A stretch of 64,000 nucleotides of DNA from Lingula anatina (Eukaryota > Animalia > Brachiopoda): NCBI GenBank assembly GCA_051362555.1, contig CM120644.1, forward strand, positions 21,040,534-21,104,533. The letters are read 5' to 3'. Positions within the stretch are counted from its first letter, which is position 1; each line of letters begins with the position of its first letter. Shown piece after piece: positions 23,158 to 36,526 of this stretch. The notes beneath the pieces are model-generated. The model worked only from the letters and a program-made list of their open reading frames with translations. It made no database searches and had not been told where the DNA came from. The position numbers and the translations under genes are program-made.

Positions 23158-25799
23158 TTTAATCGCATGAAAACCACGCCCCCTGTGATGAAAAATACCG
23201 CTTATATTAAAGGGGGAGGGGGTGCATTTGGAGACACTTTTCTAATTGATTGTTATGCTGACACAATTAAATATAAAAGTGAGGACTTATTATATGGGTC
23301 TTATCCAGACCTCTTACTGCTATGTGCGGTGTATGTGGTGTTATATGTGAATATTATATAGAAAATGTATGAAGGGGGAGTAGAAGGCCAACATCTGGAT
23401 GTGCGCGCGTGTTGGTGGGGGGGGGGGGGGGTGATTTTATTAAACTAAAATGACACTGGAGAACGTCAATGTGAGTAAAGTAGGCACCAAAGTTTAATGC
23501 AGTAGGCTACTAGTTTGTCCGTCACTCACTTTGCCATGTTTAGTTATCGGTAGGGACCTATCTATTTAATTAGCACTACCGGGTACAAATCCAATACTTC
23601 TCTGTTCCTATTATCTTGCATCTTTGTTTTCCTTAAACAAACAATATAGGCCCCCAGATGTTCATTAATAATCTCAATAGCATAAAGATGTGAATGGTGG
23701 TAAATCAGGTATATAAAACAGTATCATTTGTTAATTGAACTTGCTTCTTTTCATTACATTTCACTAAACATTTGTCACAAACAGCTGCCTTAAAATTCTT
23801 TCCACCATGTGTTTGTATTTGCATGTCACTGGGTGTTTTTCCAAACAATAACTGTATGTGGAAATGCTCACCTTATTTTCATGCACTTTAATACATTCGT
23901 TCCAATATAGTGCCCAATATATTTATCCACTAAAATTTTACAGAACATTTTTGTTTTATCCAAAGTGTAATTGAATTATCTTTCATGTAGAATCCTAGAT
24001 CTACAGTAATATTTAGCAGTGGATCGATAAACACAAAGAAAAAAACAGCAAAAAGACTGTTTATGTCTTAATACCTCATTGCGCAAAGTTTATTGTTATA
24101 CGTTGAACCTCTGCTCTGTCCAGCCATTACTAGGCTTTTTGGGGAAATTTGTTTATTAGCGCAAGAAGTTGTAAAGAAGTTACAATTTCTTGATTAGCGG
24201 TACTGATGACACGAGGACGCGTGTTCTTGGAATTCTGCAGTCATACTATGCCAGTTGTGCAGGAATCTTTGCTGTGGTTTGACCAGTGTTTTTTTGTGGC
24301 GCCAAGGTGTCCACTTTAAATAAAAAGGCATACGAAAATGATAAAATTGCAAATTGATTGAGGGAAAGAGTATTATGCTGAAAATTGACGATATCAAGGT
24401 TACAATTTATTTTCTCGATCAAAAAGGTTGTCACACCTCCGATTTCATGTGTTTTCGTTAACATAAAAACCACAACGCCCAATGTTTTTTTTTCTTGTGT
24501 TCAATTGTAAAATTTTCCACTTACCGCACCCGATACATTTTTCATTAAAAAAATATTTGCCAAAATATAATGATTTTCTTAGAGTAGGTCCTTTACTGGG
24601 TCCCGAACCCCGCGTCAAGAGGGGTGGGTGGTGAGGATCGGCTTCGCATCCGCGGACCCCTCCTTCAAACATGCTGGTATGATCAGGGTTGGGTTAAGAC
24701 AGTTTTTCATTTTACAGCTAAGGGAGAGTATCGATGCGAAAAGGAAAAGTCACTGTCATAGCTAGCGTATAGTACTGGTGTATGAGAAAAATTACCCATA
24801 TGCAGTCAAACACAAGGGGTTCGTTTGACTTACGTTGTAGATGGCCTCAAGTATGCAGGTAAACGTTGGTGTAAGTTTGCATACAGGAAAGGAGATAAAG
24901 TATATAGAGCATATATCAAAAAGAACTTTGTACGCTGCTTGCATTTTCATTTTATTACACTGGAAACGATGATTTCATACGCAAAAAGTTGTGCGTATAA
25001 TCGCTCTCACATAGGCTACGATACTTGTATAGTAGGTCTCTTTACGCTAGGCGTGACAGAGTGAGATTTTGAACCAGGCTCAAACGTGTTCGAGCAATAG
25101 ATGCGCCTAAGGAAACTCCAGCACGGCTACAAACGTATTGCCTGCGTACGTGATGTGCTGCACGCGCCGAGTGCCTCTTCCCCAGCTGACCTTGTGTTCT
25201 CGGTGCGGGCGGTGGCCGGTATACTGTACTCTGCCTGCATGCCCCCCCCCCCCCCCCCCCCCCCCTCAGTGTCCATTGGATTGATAAAGAAAGAAAGAAA
25301 AAAATTATTCAACTGGTGTCACTTAAACCTCCTCCCCCTTCTCTCCCCCCAAATAAAAAAGAAAAGAAAAAATTATTAGCATTACCCCATCATTACTTAT
25401 GCGACAGGTGATATCTCGAGGATTCTCGGGCAAATGTCCCAGTGCCTAATGCGTATCTGTGGCGCAAAGAAAACTGATAAGCGTTTTTCGTTTTTTTTTT
25501 TTTAAACAAATTTATTTCTATAATAAAGATATACAAAATAAATAAATTCAAAAGCAGGCGGCACGTCGCCACAGCATTATGTGCTCGCCTGTTTCAGTTG
25601 TTTCAGATATATTTTGATTTTTTATTTCATGCTTTATGTTTAATAGGCCAATTATAAAAATCATTTTTCCTTTTGGAGCAAGTTTGATAATATGCAGAGT
25701 AAAAGAAATACAATAAATAAAATTAAGAATTTGGTTTAGAGATCAAATTACTGCACTCGGATAAAAGCTGGTAAAAACCTTAAAAGTGATGATGTTGGA

Positions 25800-26900
25800 T
25801 GAGAAGATATCTTCCATGATGTTAACAGTTCTTCTCTCCATTATGTCTTTAAAAATACCATCATGCTTTTACAACGTTGGTTAGTTTATTTCTTCCCCCC
25901 CCCCCCCCCTCCCCAATGGTCTGGCTATATCAGATAGTAATTCCGTACGCCAGGATACTTTCAATTGCACACCTGTAAAAGTCGACTAAAATAGTTCTGG
26001 GCAATATTTAAAAAAGTTTTTGCCGTGCGCCCTTTACACTCTTCGCGGTGTTATCTTTTCAATTCAATTTACCATTCAGGCATATGCCAAGTACCTCTAC
26101 CCTACTTTATCAATGCTTAGTGGTGCCTTTACGTTTTGATGCCTTCTAAAATCTACTATAATAAATTGGTTTGGTTTTAGATACGTCCAAAATAAAGTCA
26201 TTACTCTCGAGCTGGTACCACCTTACCACCGACTCAGATTCTCTACATGTACTCTTGTCATTATTAGGAACTAGCCCCACAAGCGTAGTATCATCCGCAA
26301 ATTTCACAAGAAAAGTCCCGTCGTTTACACTAGTACAATCATAGTAAAGACAAGGTGAAAGGACGCATCCCTGTGGTGCACTGGTATTTAAAACTGTAGT
26401 TTTTGAGATAAAAGAGCCGGCTTTAACTGATTGTCTTCTATCTAAAAGAAAGTCTAAAATCCAGTCACAAATAAAAAAAATGTAGCTTAAGATCGTTTAA
26501 AAGTTTCAAATATAGTTGTTTTTTTTTTTCTTTGCACAGTTGTGTTAAAAGCTGATAAATATAATATCTTTGCATAAATGTTTTAAATATCGAAGTGTTG
26601 TAGTACAGTGTGTAGGCACAGGTTAATCGCATCTTCAACATTTCTGTTAGATCGATAAGCGAATTTCAGTGGGCCCAAAGTTTTAGGCATAACTTCTTTA
26701 ATAAAATTTAAAACTAGTTCAATTTTCTAAAATTTTCATGGGCACCGAAGTCAGAGCAACAGGTATAAGATCGTCTAAACTGATTGCTTGGGATGGATTT
26801 TGGTACCGGGATGATAGAGGCCGTCTTCCAGAGCAATGGTACTTTGTTGATTTGTAGAGACCAGTTGTAGAAGACAGTAAAAAGGTGCGCCAGTGTCTCA
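25800..26900 (-). pseudogene. Degraded non-LTR RT fragment (Rex1/Babar-like)
   Basis: Minus-strand peptides VPLLWKTASIIPVPK, LNTSAPQGCVLSPCLY and FLVKFADDTTLVGL, with frameshifts and stops. Confidence 0.8.
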
Positions 26901-28679
26901 GTTGTCTTATTGGTGATAATCAACATAAAAACCTGAATAACCAATTCCCGTTGGTTATTACGCTGTTGGATTTGTTGCTTTTGACTTTTGGAACAATTAC
27001 TATAATGGGACCCACAGGAAATTCCCTTGTTTTTGCATATTTTATCAGTTAACTTTGCAGTTGAAGTTCGGTCTTAGTTCGTATCCCCCATTAAAACGTG
27101 GTCCTAAAGACAGACATAGATAAAAAAATGATAGGTACCCATGTGAAGTTTGTTGTTATGGCAACTTGTTTTAGGTAAAGGTGATTTTTTTCATTTTCTT
27201 TGTTCAATTTTCCCAAAAGATTTTTTGTGGGCTTAGCCTTTCCATGGACATAACTCACCACACTAGGTCATCAGTATATTGCAAAGCCAAAGAATGCTAA
27301 CAAGTGATAGGTATCCACATAATCCTGTTGCTATGGCAACTTGTATTTGGACAAATTTTTTTCATTTTATAGTACAATTTCAAATTTGTCTTTGGAGGCA
27401 AAGCATTTTCATAGACTGAAATCACCAGCTCAGACCATCAGTATATAGGAAAAAATTTCATTGGTTCTAATTAAAAGTACTTTATTGATTGGGTTGTCCG
27501 GTAATGAATGAAAGACAATAGCTGAAAACTTGTTTCAAATGTATTAAAATCATTTACTGCTGCTTTAATACTAAAATTTTACATAAATTAATCTCATCTG
27601 AGTATTAGCAATATCTTTTATCATATTTATTACATGTTATGAATTAACGTCACAAAAATATCAACCCTGTTTTGAATCACACAATCTGGAAGTCTGTGTG
27701 AGAATTGAGGTCAAAGGTATTGTGGAATTGGAAACCTGAAATCACACATACAAATAAAAACTAAATAACAAGAAAATTTATACCTTGAAATAAACTTACG
27801 TAGCAAATATCAAATTAACAAACAGAGAGAAATTGATCATTGATACAAGGTCACCAAAAAGTGAATTTATTTATAAGTGTTTTACAGAATTTGTTCTATT
27901 TTGTATTTTACAGTATTGTTGCATATAATTGTAACTGTACGTTTTGTGTTGTGCTTATGATAAATCTGTAAACACAGCAAAAAAAATTTGTATTACACCT
28001 TTCAGTTAGAATATTTTAATAAAAATTTAACTTGTACATCTTTCCAGATGTAAAGATACATTTGTTCATCCACCTAAGGGCAACACAAATATCAATTACA
28101 TAATGGTAATGCACCAATTTTATTATTGTTATAAAAATTATATTATATTGCGCAAAGTCATGATAATCTACATACAAGGAAAGAAATAAATTGAACTGAA
28201 CTGAAATTTAATTGAAATATATAATAATTATGTACATATACTATAAATACAACACCATCAGAGAGGCAAAATAATATCATGTACTACTGATAAAAAATAA
28301 TCACTGATATTCTTGATAGAAGGATGTCTATAGCTAACTCTCATGTGGCCATTGAATTTGGCCTTAATGTTTTCATATTAAATCTCTGTTGGCTAAGAAA
28401 CCTACAGTCCTCAATGATGGAGGTTAATGTTCAATAGTAAGACACTGACTTTAATACAAATGGAGTATTAGGCTGTGTGAAACCTGAATGAAACTTTAAA
28501 GCTGACACAATATAAGAAAAAGCTCAATGGCAAGTATGCACTTAAAAAAGATTTGACTGCGAAAAAAAAAAAAAAATGCAGTTTGTCCTTGTATATGTAC
28601 AGCTTACAAAAAGGCAGGTTGTCAGAAAATCCTGACACTATACACTTTGCAATTTATCAATTTAGTCACATTTGACAAC

Positions 28680-30110
28680 ATGCTTTACCAACATACTTTA
28701 TCGCTTTATCTGGAACAGTAAAATAGATGAAGTTAAGAGAAATGTTATGATTAATTCTTATGAAAACAGTGGATGAAAGGTCCCCGAGGTGAAATCCTTC
28801 TGTAAAGCTCTTAAATTGATATGGCTAAAGAAATTGGTAAATCCACATAATTGTTCTTCGTGGAAAACTCTTTTGATGGATGAGATTGCGGAAATCGGGG
28901 GAACTGACGTATTGCTACTTCCATTGAAGGGCCTACAGTCTATACGCAATATTAATATACTAAATACTTTCTAGAAAGAGATTTTGGGAATATGGGCTTC
29001 TGTGCAACAATTTTCTACTACTTCTCAGGATGATATCCTAGCACAACCTTTATGGGGAAATGATCATATTAAGATCAATAAAAAGATAATCTTCTATAAA
29101 CCTTGGTTTCGAAAAGGAGTGCTTTACGTTAATAACCAGATTGATAATACTGGTTCAGTAAAAAGTCTAGATGTTTTTTGTGATGAATATAATATAGATT
29201 GTAATTTCCTTGACTATCAAGGCATCATCAGCGCTTTACCTTCTGCCTGGAAAACTGTTATAAGAGGGTATCAAAAGAACCTTGCAGCAATAACAAATAA
29301 AAATCTCGTATTATTAAAATTGAAAAACAAATTAACGAAACTTTTTTACCCGAAATTTATTTCAGATAAGGAAGCAATACCTTTTAACATCCATGATAAG
29401 TGGAGGGAAAAGCTGAACATTGATTTTCCAAGTGAAAAGTGGAAGCTAGTTCATGCATTGCCCTTTCGAGAAACAAATGATCATAAACTTCTCACATTGC
29501 AATTTAGAATTTTACATACAATTTATTTTACGAATTTGCTGCTTTTTAAATATAACATGTTAGAACATGAGCAATGCACTTTCTGTAATGACCCAAAAGA
29601 AACTTTATTGCATATTTTCTGGGACTGTACATATGTTCAAGCTATTTGGACTTGTCTCATTCAGAACCTACGTACACAGTACTCTGTTGAATTACAACAA
29701 CAACCGTGCCTGTTTACATTTGGAATCCTGGACGACAGCCCTCTCTTAGGTATTAATCTACTACTTCTCTATATAAAGAAATATTTCACTCTATGTAGAC
29801 AGAATAAAATTATACCTCTTTGGAATGCCTGCAAAAAGTATTTGGAAAAGCAAAAGAAGATAGATTTTCAATCTTTATACCTACTGGGTCTTCAAAAGGC
29901 AGATAATCTAAGAAAAAAATGGGACAGTATAGAAAAAATATTGATATGAATAGAAAAGAACATTTGTCGTAGCCTAGGCCTACTAAGATTCTTTTATTTA
30001 AAAAAATTCTACATGTATTTTTAATCAACATTTGTAAGAACTTTGTTTGTAGTGTGTGAATGGTGTGTGGAAGGTGTATTTGCCTCTTATTGTGTTGTAA
30101 ATGGAATGAA
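28680..30110 (+). mobile_element. 5'-truncated L1/Tx1 LINE (C-terminal third of ORF2 plus 3' UTR)
   Basis: FIWNSKIDEVKR..G*KVP..ALKLIWLKKL, then the 321-aa ORF with QPLWGN, LQFRILH and CTFC..ETLLHIFWDC. It is homologous to the C-terminus of the ORF2 at 5167 and contains in-frame stops. Confidence 0.9.
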
Positions 30111-30289
30111 GTCTGCAAGAGCCTGCTGCATAGAGATTAACCTGATCTCCTTTGCTTTTTTTGTTGATTGGTACTTCTGGTATTTAGTTCCTGTGCTCTC
30201 TGTAACAGTCAAATGAATGCTATGACATGATTCTTTCACCTGTTCCGCACAAAAGTTCATCATTAATGTATTATGTACATGTATGTATT

Positions 30290-31060
30290 GACAACGATAA
30301 CTCCAAAATTGCTCAATTCATGTGACCTTTCTGTAAGCTATCCAGAAAACTCTTCAGGAGCCAATTTGATTCAAAATGGCTAGTATCTATAATGACCTTG
30401 CAGTGTCCACATAGTAGTGAGGTAACAGGAAGCCTCATCCAACAGGACTTGTAATAATCCATCCTTAGCATCTACTACAGATTGCATATGAAGAGTTGTT
30501 ATCCCTTTAACTGCCATGTAGTATGGCTGTGACATCAATGATGCTGTGTGATGGAAAATGACATCGCTTTATTATAGTCCACTGACTTAATGGCTTTTTC
30601 ACAGCAAACAATTCTGATTTAAAAGTAATATCCAGTTAGTTGGACTGGTTGGTGTAATATTGGCATTGCTCATGATACCATCATGTTATATCTCATTAAA
30701 CTTGTCTGTCAGCTAACTCTTCATCAGAATAGGTACAGGGGTACATGTAAGTGATTCTGTAAAGGTGTTATACTCTCCTCGTCCTCAATGCAATCTGTGC
30801 CAATGTGCCCTACATGTTGGCCTTCAAATACATCACTGTTACTGTTTCTTGTGCAAGTTCAGTATCAATTTACATGGTTATTCACTACAGCATCAAAAAA
30901 TTGAATCAGGTTCAGCCTTTCCCATGCACTGCCTGACAGTAGAGAAACTGGTGCATTATCCTCAACTTCCAAGTGAAAAAGTTACAGTTCATTGATGACA
31001 TGTGCCATGCATGTGAACGTAGCCCAATGGTTGCACGGCCAATTTTGCAGGATATCTCCT
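30290..31060 (-). pseudogene. Degraded Ty3/Gypsy LTR-retrotransposon pol fragment (protease end to RT)
   Basis: Minus-strand peptides SLLSGSAWERLNLIQ and SVVDAKDGLLQVLLDEASCYLTTMWTLQGHYRY*PF*IKLAPEEF match the Gypsy RT pattern LDAKDGFxQ..LTTFWTPxGRYR..MPFG..APEEF. Confidence 0.75.
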
Positions 31061-31969
31061 TTCAATCAGCTAAAGCACACACGTATCACTCCCACTAGTT
31101 CTGCAATTACAAAGAAATATAAGTCTATAAGTCCTTCTTTATAATATTGTATTATAATTACCAGGTTGGGTGTGACTTCAGCAAAAAAACTGCAATACAA
31201 TAGTACATGAATCTGATTTGGTCAATACTACAGACTTTCCCAGAGTGCCTTTATACAAAAATTACCATTAATTTTAAAAGTATCATGATTGGGGAAAGAA
31301 AAGATATCCTTCCATGATGCCCGCACCAGAAACCTGTACTTTATTCAAACTTCGGTGAGCAGGAGTTTATTGTGTATTAAAACATGATAGTGCTGAAAAA
31401 CATTTCCCAATCTTGAAAATCATTACACTTTTAGACAAGGCAACACTGCCATTGGCATTGCGTTAGCTGAGACAGCCTGTCACAATGCTTTCTCTCACCA
31501 CAGCCCCGTGTTAGCCAAGACAACATGTCACAATGCTTTCCACACTTACAACTTTTGGCATTAATTGGCTTCTGCCTTCCATAAAATAAAAATGATGCTG
31601 TAAGAGTTCATAATCGGTTAACGTGACTAGTATCTTCTATAGAAGCTACAGTACATTTCCACCCTGCTTAGGAACCTTTACGGTACCGCGAAAATAAAGC
31701 GGACATATTGAGCTAGATTTTGTTGAAATATTTGACTCGGATACGTATTTTCTTCTTGATTGAATATCATGCTCAAAGCTGCCAAATATAATTAATTTTA
31801 AAATAAGCTACACACTATATTAAGGCATATCTGCATTATTATTAAACAATTAAACACTAACATTTGACGTATCAAAACTTCGAAACAATATTCCATTTGT
31901 CAGACTTGGAAGGGCTAGAGCGGGAAGAGCAGACGTCTCTGCAGTGTAGACATTACACGTGCATGAACG

Positions 31970-33935
31970 ATGGCAACCAGTGCAGCGGTCGTATACCAGT
32001 GTTCAAAGTGTCGCACAATTATTGGTGACAAGTCGTCTTGGCTTGGAGTGGACGTGGGTCTTTGGACAATGTTACTGAACCGTAAGTTAACTTTGCTATC
32101 TCCATCTTTATTCATCAATCATTTAATTTTGTGGCCGAGCAACAGTGGTTATTAATTCATTTAATTCTTCACAACACTTACTATTAAATCAAAGCCTCTC
32201 ACCATGTTATGTCTGTGATTGAAACTTTTAAAAAATGGGGAGGGGGGGCTCCTTGCACTTATATTTATTATTTCAAGTGTACTACTGTCTATGTGTAAAA
32301 TAGACAAAAAGTCCGTATAATCAATCTACTCAAAAGAACATCTGTTGTTAGGAGTTGAACCCCTTTTGGTTAATAAAAGAAGCTTCAGATAGTGATTTTT
32401 TTTACATTTTCGTATCATTCCAGCAACGACAATTGTCAAACAAAAAGTGAGCATAGGTAAAAAACTAGTTACTTCAACAGAAGGCCTAGATGTTGGAAGG
32501 TGGGCAAATATTAATTGAGTTTGCAATGATTTGTTGCTGTTGTCTATTTATTTAAAGAAAGGGAATCTTCAAACGTAGTAACTTTCTTATTTTGTGCCGA
32601 GACATAATTCAGAATCTTTAATAGAGACGGTGCAGATACGAGTGCTCTACCGCCTGAGCTATCTGGCAGGTTCTACCCGGAGTCTGGGCTATCTGGCAGG
32701 TTCTACCCTGAGTCTGGCACTACAGCACATATGTTTTTGTTAATTTGTTTTTTTGCAATCTAACAATCATTCCACATGCACTGTATTTTCAGCACATTTG
32801 TCTGGCTGAAATGTTCACATTGCAGTCGAATTCTTGGTAAGAAGTATCATTCAACATCCAGAAGGTTGGATAGGCACCGTGGAACATTAACTTTGTCTTT
32901 GGACAGACTTGAGAGGTAAGGAGATCTTTTTAAAGAGGCATAATTTTATATGAGGCTATGTGTCATATTGTTGTTGAGGTGAAACTTGAATGGTGTGTAA
33001 AATAATTATATAATATTTATCACTGTAAGATGTGAGCATGTTTGGATTATTTTTTATGGTAATTATTGAAAGGTTTACTATTTTTATTTTACTGCATGTA
33101 TTTTGGTAAAGTGTGCCCCATGTGTGCCAAATGTTTTTTTTTTACTTTTATTTCAAATTTGGTGAGTTTAAAAAGGCAAACATAGGTCCCTATGATCAGA
33201 CTTGTTGTAAGTATTTGTTGCTGTGTCTTCTGCTGATAGGTATATGAACATTTGCCAGTTTTGTTGTCTAGCCATTTCTTAATTTCTGCAGGTTGACTGC
33301 TTGTTTGCAGCTGACTATCTTTGTTTCATTTTTTGATTTTTTGAGGATATGAAAGTGATATTTTTAGTATGATTACAAAAGTGCTTAAACTTATGTCACT
33401 ATCTATAGATTTTATTGTTGACCTTAATTTTTGGTAAAATAGCTTAACAATGCTCGGTTGATTTAAATAAATTTAACCAGGAAGCTGAGTTAAGTCAGTT
33501 TTTTAGTCAGTGGAAACAGTTTATTTGTACTGACTAAGAAATTCTTTGCATGACTGCTCCTTGTCATGAATGCATGACTGATATTTGCTTCCTCAGCCTG
33601 TTTTAAAACAATTGGTCCTCATAATAATATGGACCAATTGAGTGGAATGATCTCCCTATTTGTTTAAAAACAATAGAGTCTGAAGACAATTTTAAAAAAG
33701 AATTAAAAACTTATATCTTTAAAAAGTTTTATAATTGATTTGACTGGCTGTTATCTTTTACACTGTACAATTTATTTTTAATATCTTATCAATTCAATTA
33801 CATTTAAGTTCACATCTTTAGTTCATATCTTATTATTTTAACTACCTTTTCATTTATTTTAGTCATCTGGTTCTGTTCATTTTACCCATGTAAAGTCTAC
33901 TGAACATTTTATATGGATTTTAGACTATAAATGAA

Positions 33936-33977
<42 letters not shown>

Positions 33978-35095
33978 GAAACCATCAACCTGTTCACTAC
34001 AAATGATGTCGTGCAGCCCCAAAATAGAAAACATGGCTAAGTTAATATAAGAGTGTAGCTTCAGCAAAATGTGAATTAAAACATTTCTAACTGTTCTCAT
34101 GTGTGTGGCTTGTTCTGTGGAAATTAACTGGACATAAAAGCACGTACCCAGGAGCGATACCTAGGTGTGTGATGAGACATGAAGTGGATTCTGTGTAGAG
34201 GTCATGTGACAACAGTGTGCAGTGATTGAGGTACAAAGAAAATTATCTGACCCTCTTCTTCAAGTTAAATGTTAAGTCATTATGTTCTAATAATATATAT
34301 ATTTTTTTAAATTAGTTATGAACTGGGCAGTAGCCAGGCTATTGCTGAAAGCCGCTGGGATGACCCGCCATTATCCTCCTACAACCAGCTAATGGAACAG
34401 ATCCTTAAGGTCAGTGTTCAGCTTCATAAAAAGTTGTTCTTTTTTAATTAAAATTACATGTACTGTACTACTCTGCTGTTGGTTTTTAGTAGTCTGTGTA
34501 GTCAGTTTAGTTGACATTAGATATCAAGTTATATTTAAATACAAGGCATTTTGTTTTCTATTGTTTCAGGCCCATAGCCATTAATTTCATTTTTTTTTTT
34601 TTTTCAAGGGACCATTTAGATTGAGAAGAGCCTAGTGCTAGCTAGGCCGCGACCTAAATATGGTAGACCTACATGAAAGGAAGACAGCTTAATCCTGTAA
34701 TGGTCTCTCCGCCTCTCACACGCCGCCGCCCCCCCCCCCCCCCCCCCCCCACTGGTGAATTGAGCCAAGATTAAATTAGTGTGTCCCTGCAGGGACCACG
34801 CATAGGGAGGAGTGTGAGTGGCGGAGAGACCATTACAAGATTAAGCAGTCTTCCTTTCATGTAGTTCCAACATATTTAGGTTACAGCCTACCTAGCACTT
34901 GGCTCTTCTTGATCTGAATGGTCCCTAAGTGGTCTTTTTAATATTGCGAAGCCTAAATGTGCCAAGATCAAATTTTGCCCAGAGCAGACCTACTCCCAGC
35001 AAAAAAAGCCAGTTGAATCAAACCCTTAGAATCCCCCTGGCTATGAGCCTGCATTTCAAATGATTTTAAATATATATATTAGAACAGATGTCTTC

Positions 35096-35142
<47 letters not shown>

Positions 35143-35410
35143 GTACCGGTAGTTTTGACTGGTGAAATGAATACACATTTAAAAATTTTGTTTGCTGTTC
35201 ATGTAAATATTTCTTGTTATACTGTTATAATTGGTTTCATTTCAGATGAAGGTTCTTCTTGTTACCCTCAATCAGAGAGTCTGCTACTTGGAATCACTGC
35301 TCCCTCCTGACCCTGCTCAGCCCTCCCAACTGCCAAGTAATGCTGTAGCAGTGGCTCCATCTGGTGGGACAAACAGCTCTACAGCAGTGGCTCCATCTGA
35401 TGGGACATAA
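31970..35410 (+). CDS. MIS18: Mis18 family protein (Yippee/Mis18 zinc-binding domain; CENP-A deposition factor), 189 aa, 5 exons
   Basis: Exons 31970-32081, 32424-32499, 32793-32915, 34316-34409 and 35246-35410 are all GT-AG and in phase. Translation: VVYQCSKCRTIIGDKSSW..VTSTEGLDVGSTFVWLKCSHCSRILGKKYHSTSRRLDRHRGTLTLSLDRLESYELGSS..EQILKMKVLLVTLNQRVCYLESLL. It has two CxxC motifs, a SYxLGS motif and a C-terminal helix. Alpha versus beta is not assignable. Confidence 0.9.
32633..32667 (-). mobile_element. tRNA-derived SINE head remnant
   Basis: The minus strand gccagatagctcaggcggtagagcac resembles a tRNA 5' half with an A-box. No B-box or full cloverleaf is present. An adjacent 29-bp duplication spans 32658-32717. 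Confidence 0.5.
33631..33738 (+). pseudogene. CR1/L2-type LINE ORF2 3'-terminal remnant in a Mis18 intron
   Basis: GPIEWNDLPICLKTIESEDNFKKELKTYIF matches the CR1/L2 C-terminal WNxLP..S...FKxxLKTYLF pattern. Confidence 0.7.
34566..35051. mobile_element. MITE (CAGGCCCATAGCCA..TGGCTATGAGCCTG) carrying a nested Harbinger-type MITE at 34608-34925
   Basis: Outer TIRs are related to 4316-4489. The inner element has ~105-bp inverted arms gggaccatttagattgagaagag.. / ..ctcttcttgatctgaatggtccc, flanked by caa/taa. Confidence 0.75.
35098..35139. repeat. (GT)n microsatellite
   Basis: Direct reading. Confidence 0.95.
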
Positions 35411-36470
35411 ACAGCTCAACAACGGAAAAACAAGAGAATAAAGTAGATTGATGTACAGGATTGTCTGCAAACGCATGGTTTTGTTAATAGAAAAGTGAAG
35501 AAGACTTCACAGATGTTAAATCAGACTTGTTTTTACAAAATTAGCATGTATTTTGTTTTGAGTGTCTGGTGAAGACTGGCTCTTATCTGTAATTAGTGCC
35601 ATAAATCTTGAACTTTGTTGACAGAAATGTGAAGGAAGTCTTTACAATTGTTAAACAGTTCTTTTGTAATGATTGAAGTGGAGCAGATACTGGCTCTCAA
35701 TTTAATTTAAATTTAATTAATCTTTAGTCTTTATAAATGATAAATGTCTTCATAAATGATGTTAAAACGGGCATGTTTTTACAAGTATTAATTGTTAAAG
35801 TTTTGCATGAGACTAGTGAATGCTGACTTTCACTCAGTGATTACCATTTTAAAATACTAATCAGAGTTCTTAGTTAATGTTAAAGCAGACTTCTATGTTT
35901 TTACAAATACTTGGGTAACAGTTGATCACTGGCCTAGTCTGTAGTAAACAGTAATTATATATACAATTAATTGACCGGACTTTGAAATGTTTGAAATTAT
36001 CCTTATAATTTGCAAAGAATCATCCTATTAAAATTTCAGTACACCAAAAGTCTGATGTTTTCATAACTGTCACAGCAATTCTTCTGAATCATTCCCAGAT
36101 GAAATACATTAAATGCCGTTTTTTTTTTTTTTTTAATAGCAGTTTGTGGTTTAATTTTGAGACATACTTTACATTCTGTATGAAAGTCTGAAGCATGTTT
36201 TTATGTTTCACCACTCTTCGGCAGCCATTGGGAATTCTTCAGTTCAATAAGTTCTCCACATGTACAAAAATAAACTAGCAAATTAAAAAAAAAAAATGCC
36301 TAGTATAATTACAATCTGGAGTTAATCTCCATGGAGTGTCAGGGGTATTGAAATTTAAAATTGCATTTAAAGTACTTTTTGACTCAAAGGTGACCAAATG
36401 CCATTATAGTTTCAAAATAGTATAACTTGGAAATGAGGACAAAGTTTCATATTACCCAAAAAGTAATATT

Positions 36471-36472
<2 letters not shown>

Positions 36473-36524
<52 letters not shown>
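36473..36524. repeat. (AT)n microsatellite
   Basis: Direct reading. Confidence 0.95.

Positions 36525-36526
<2 letters not shown>

Noticed and set aside
32633-32667. Possible tRNA gene
   Set aside because: Only the 5' half and A-box are present, with no T-arm or acceptor stem. It was treated as a SINE remnant.
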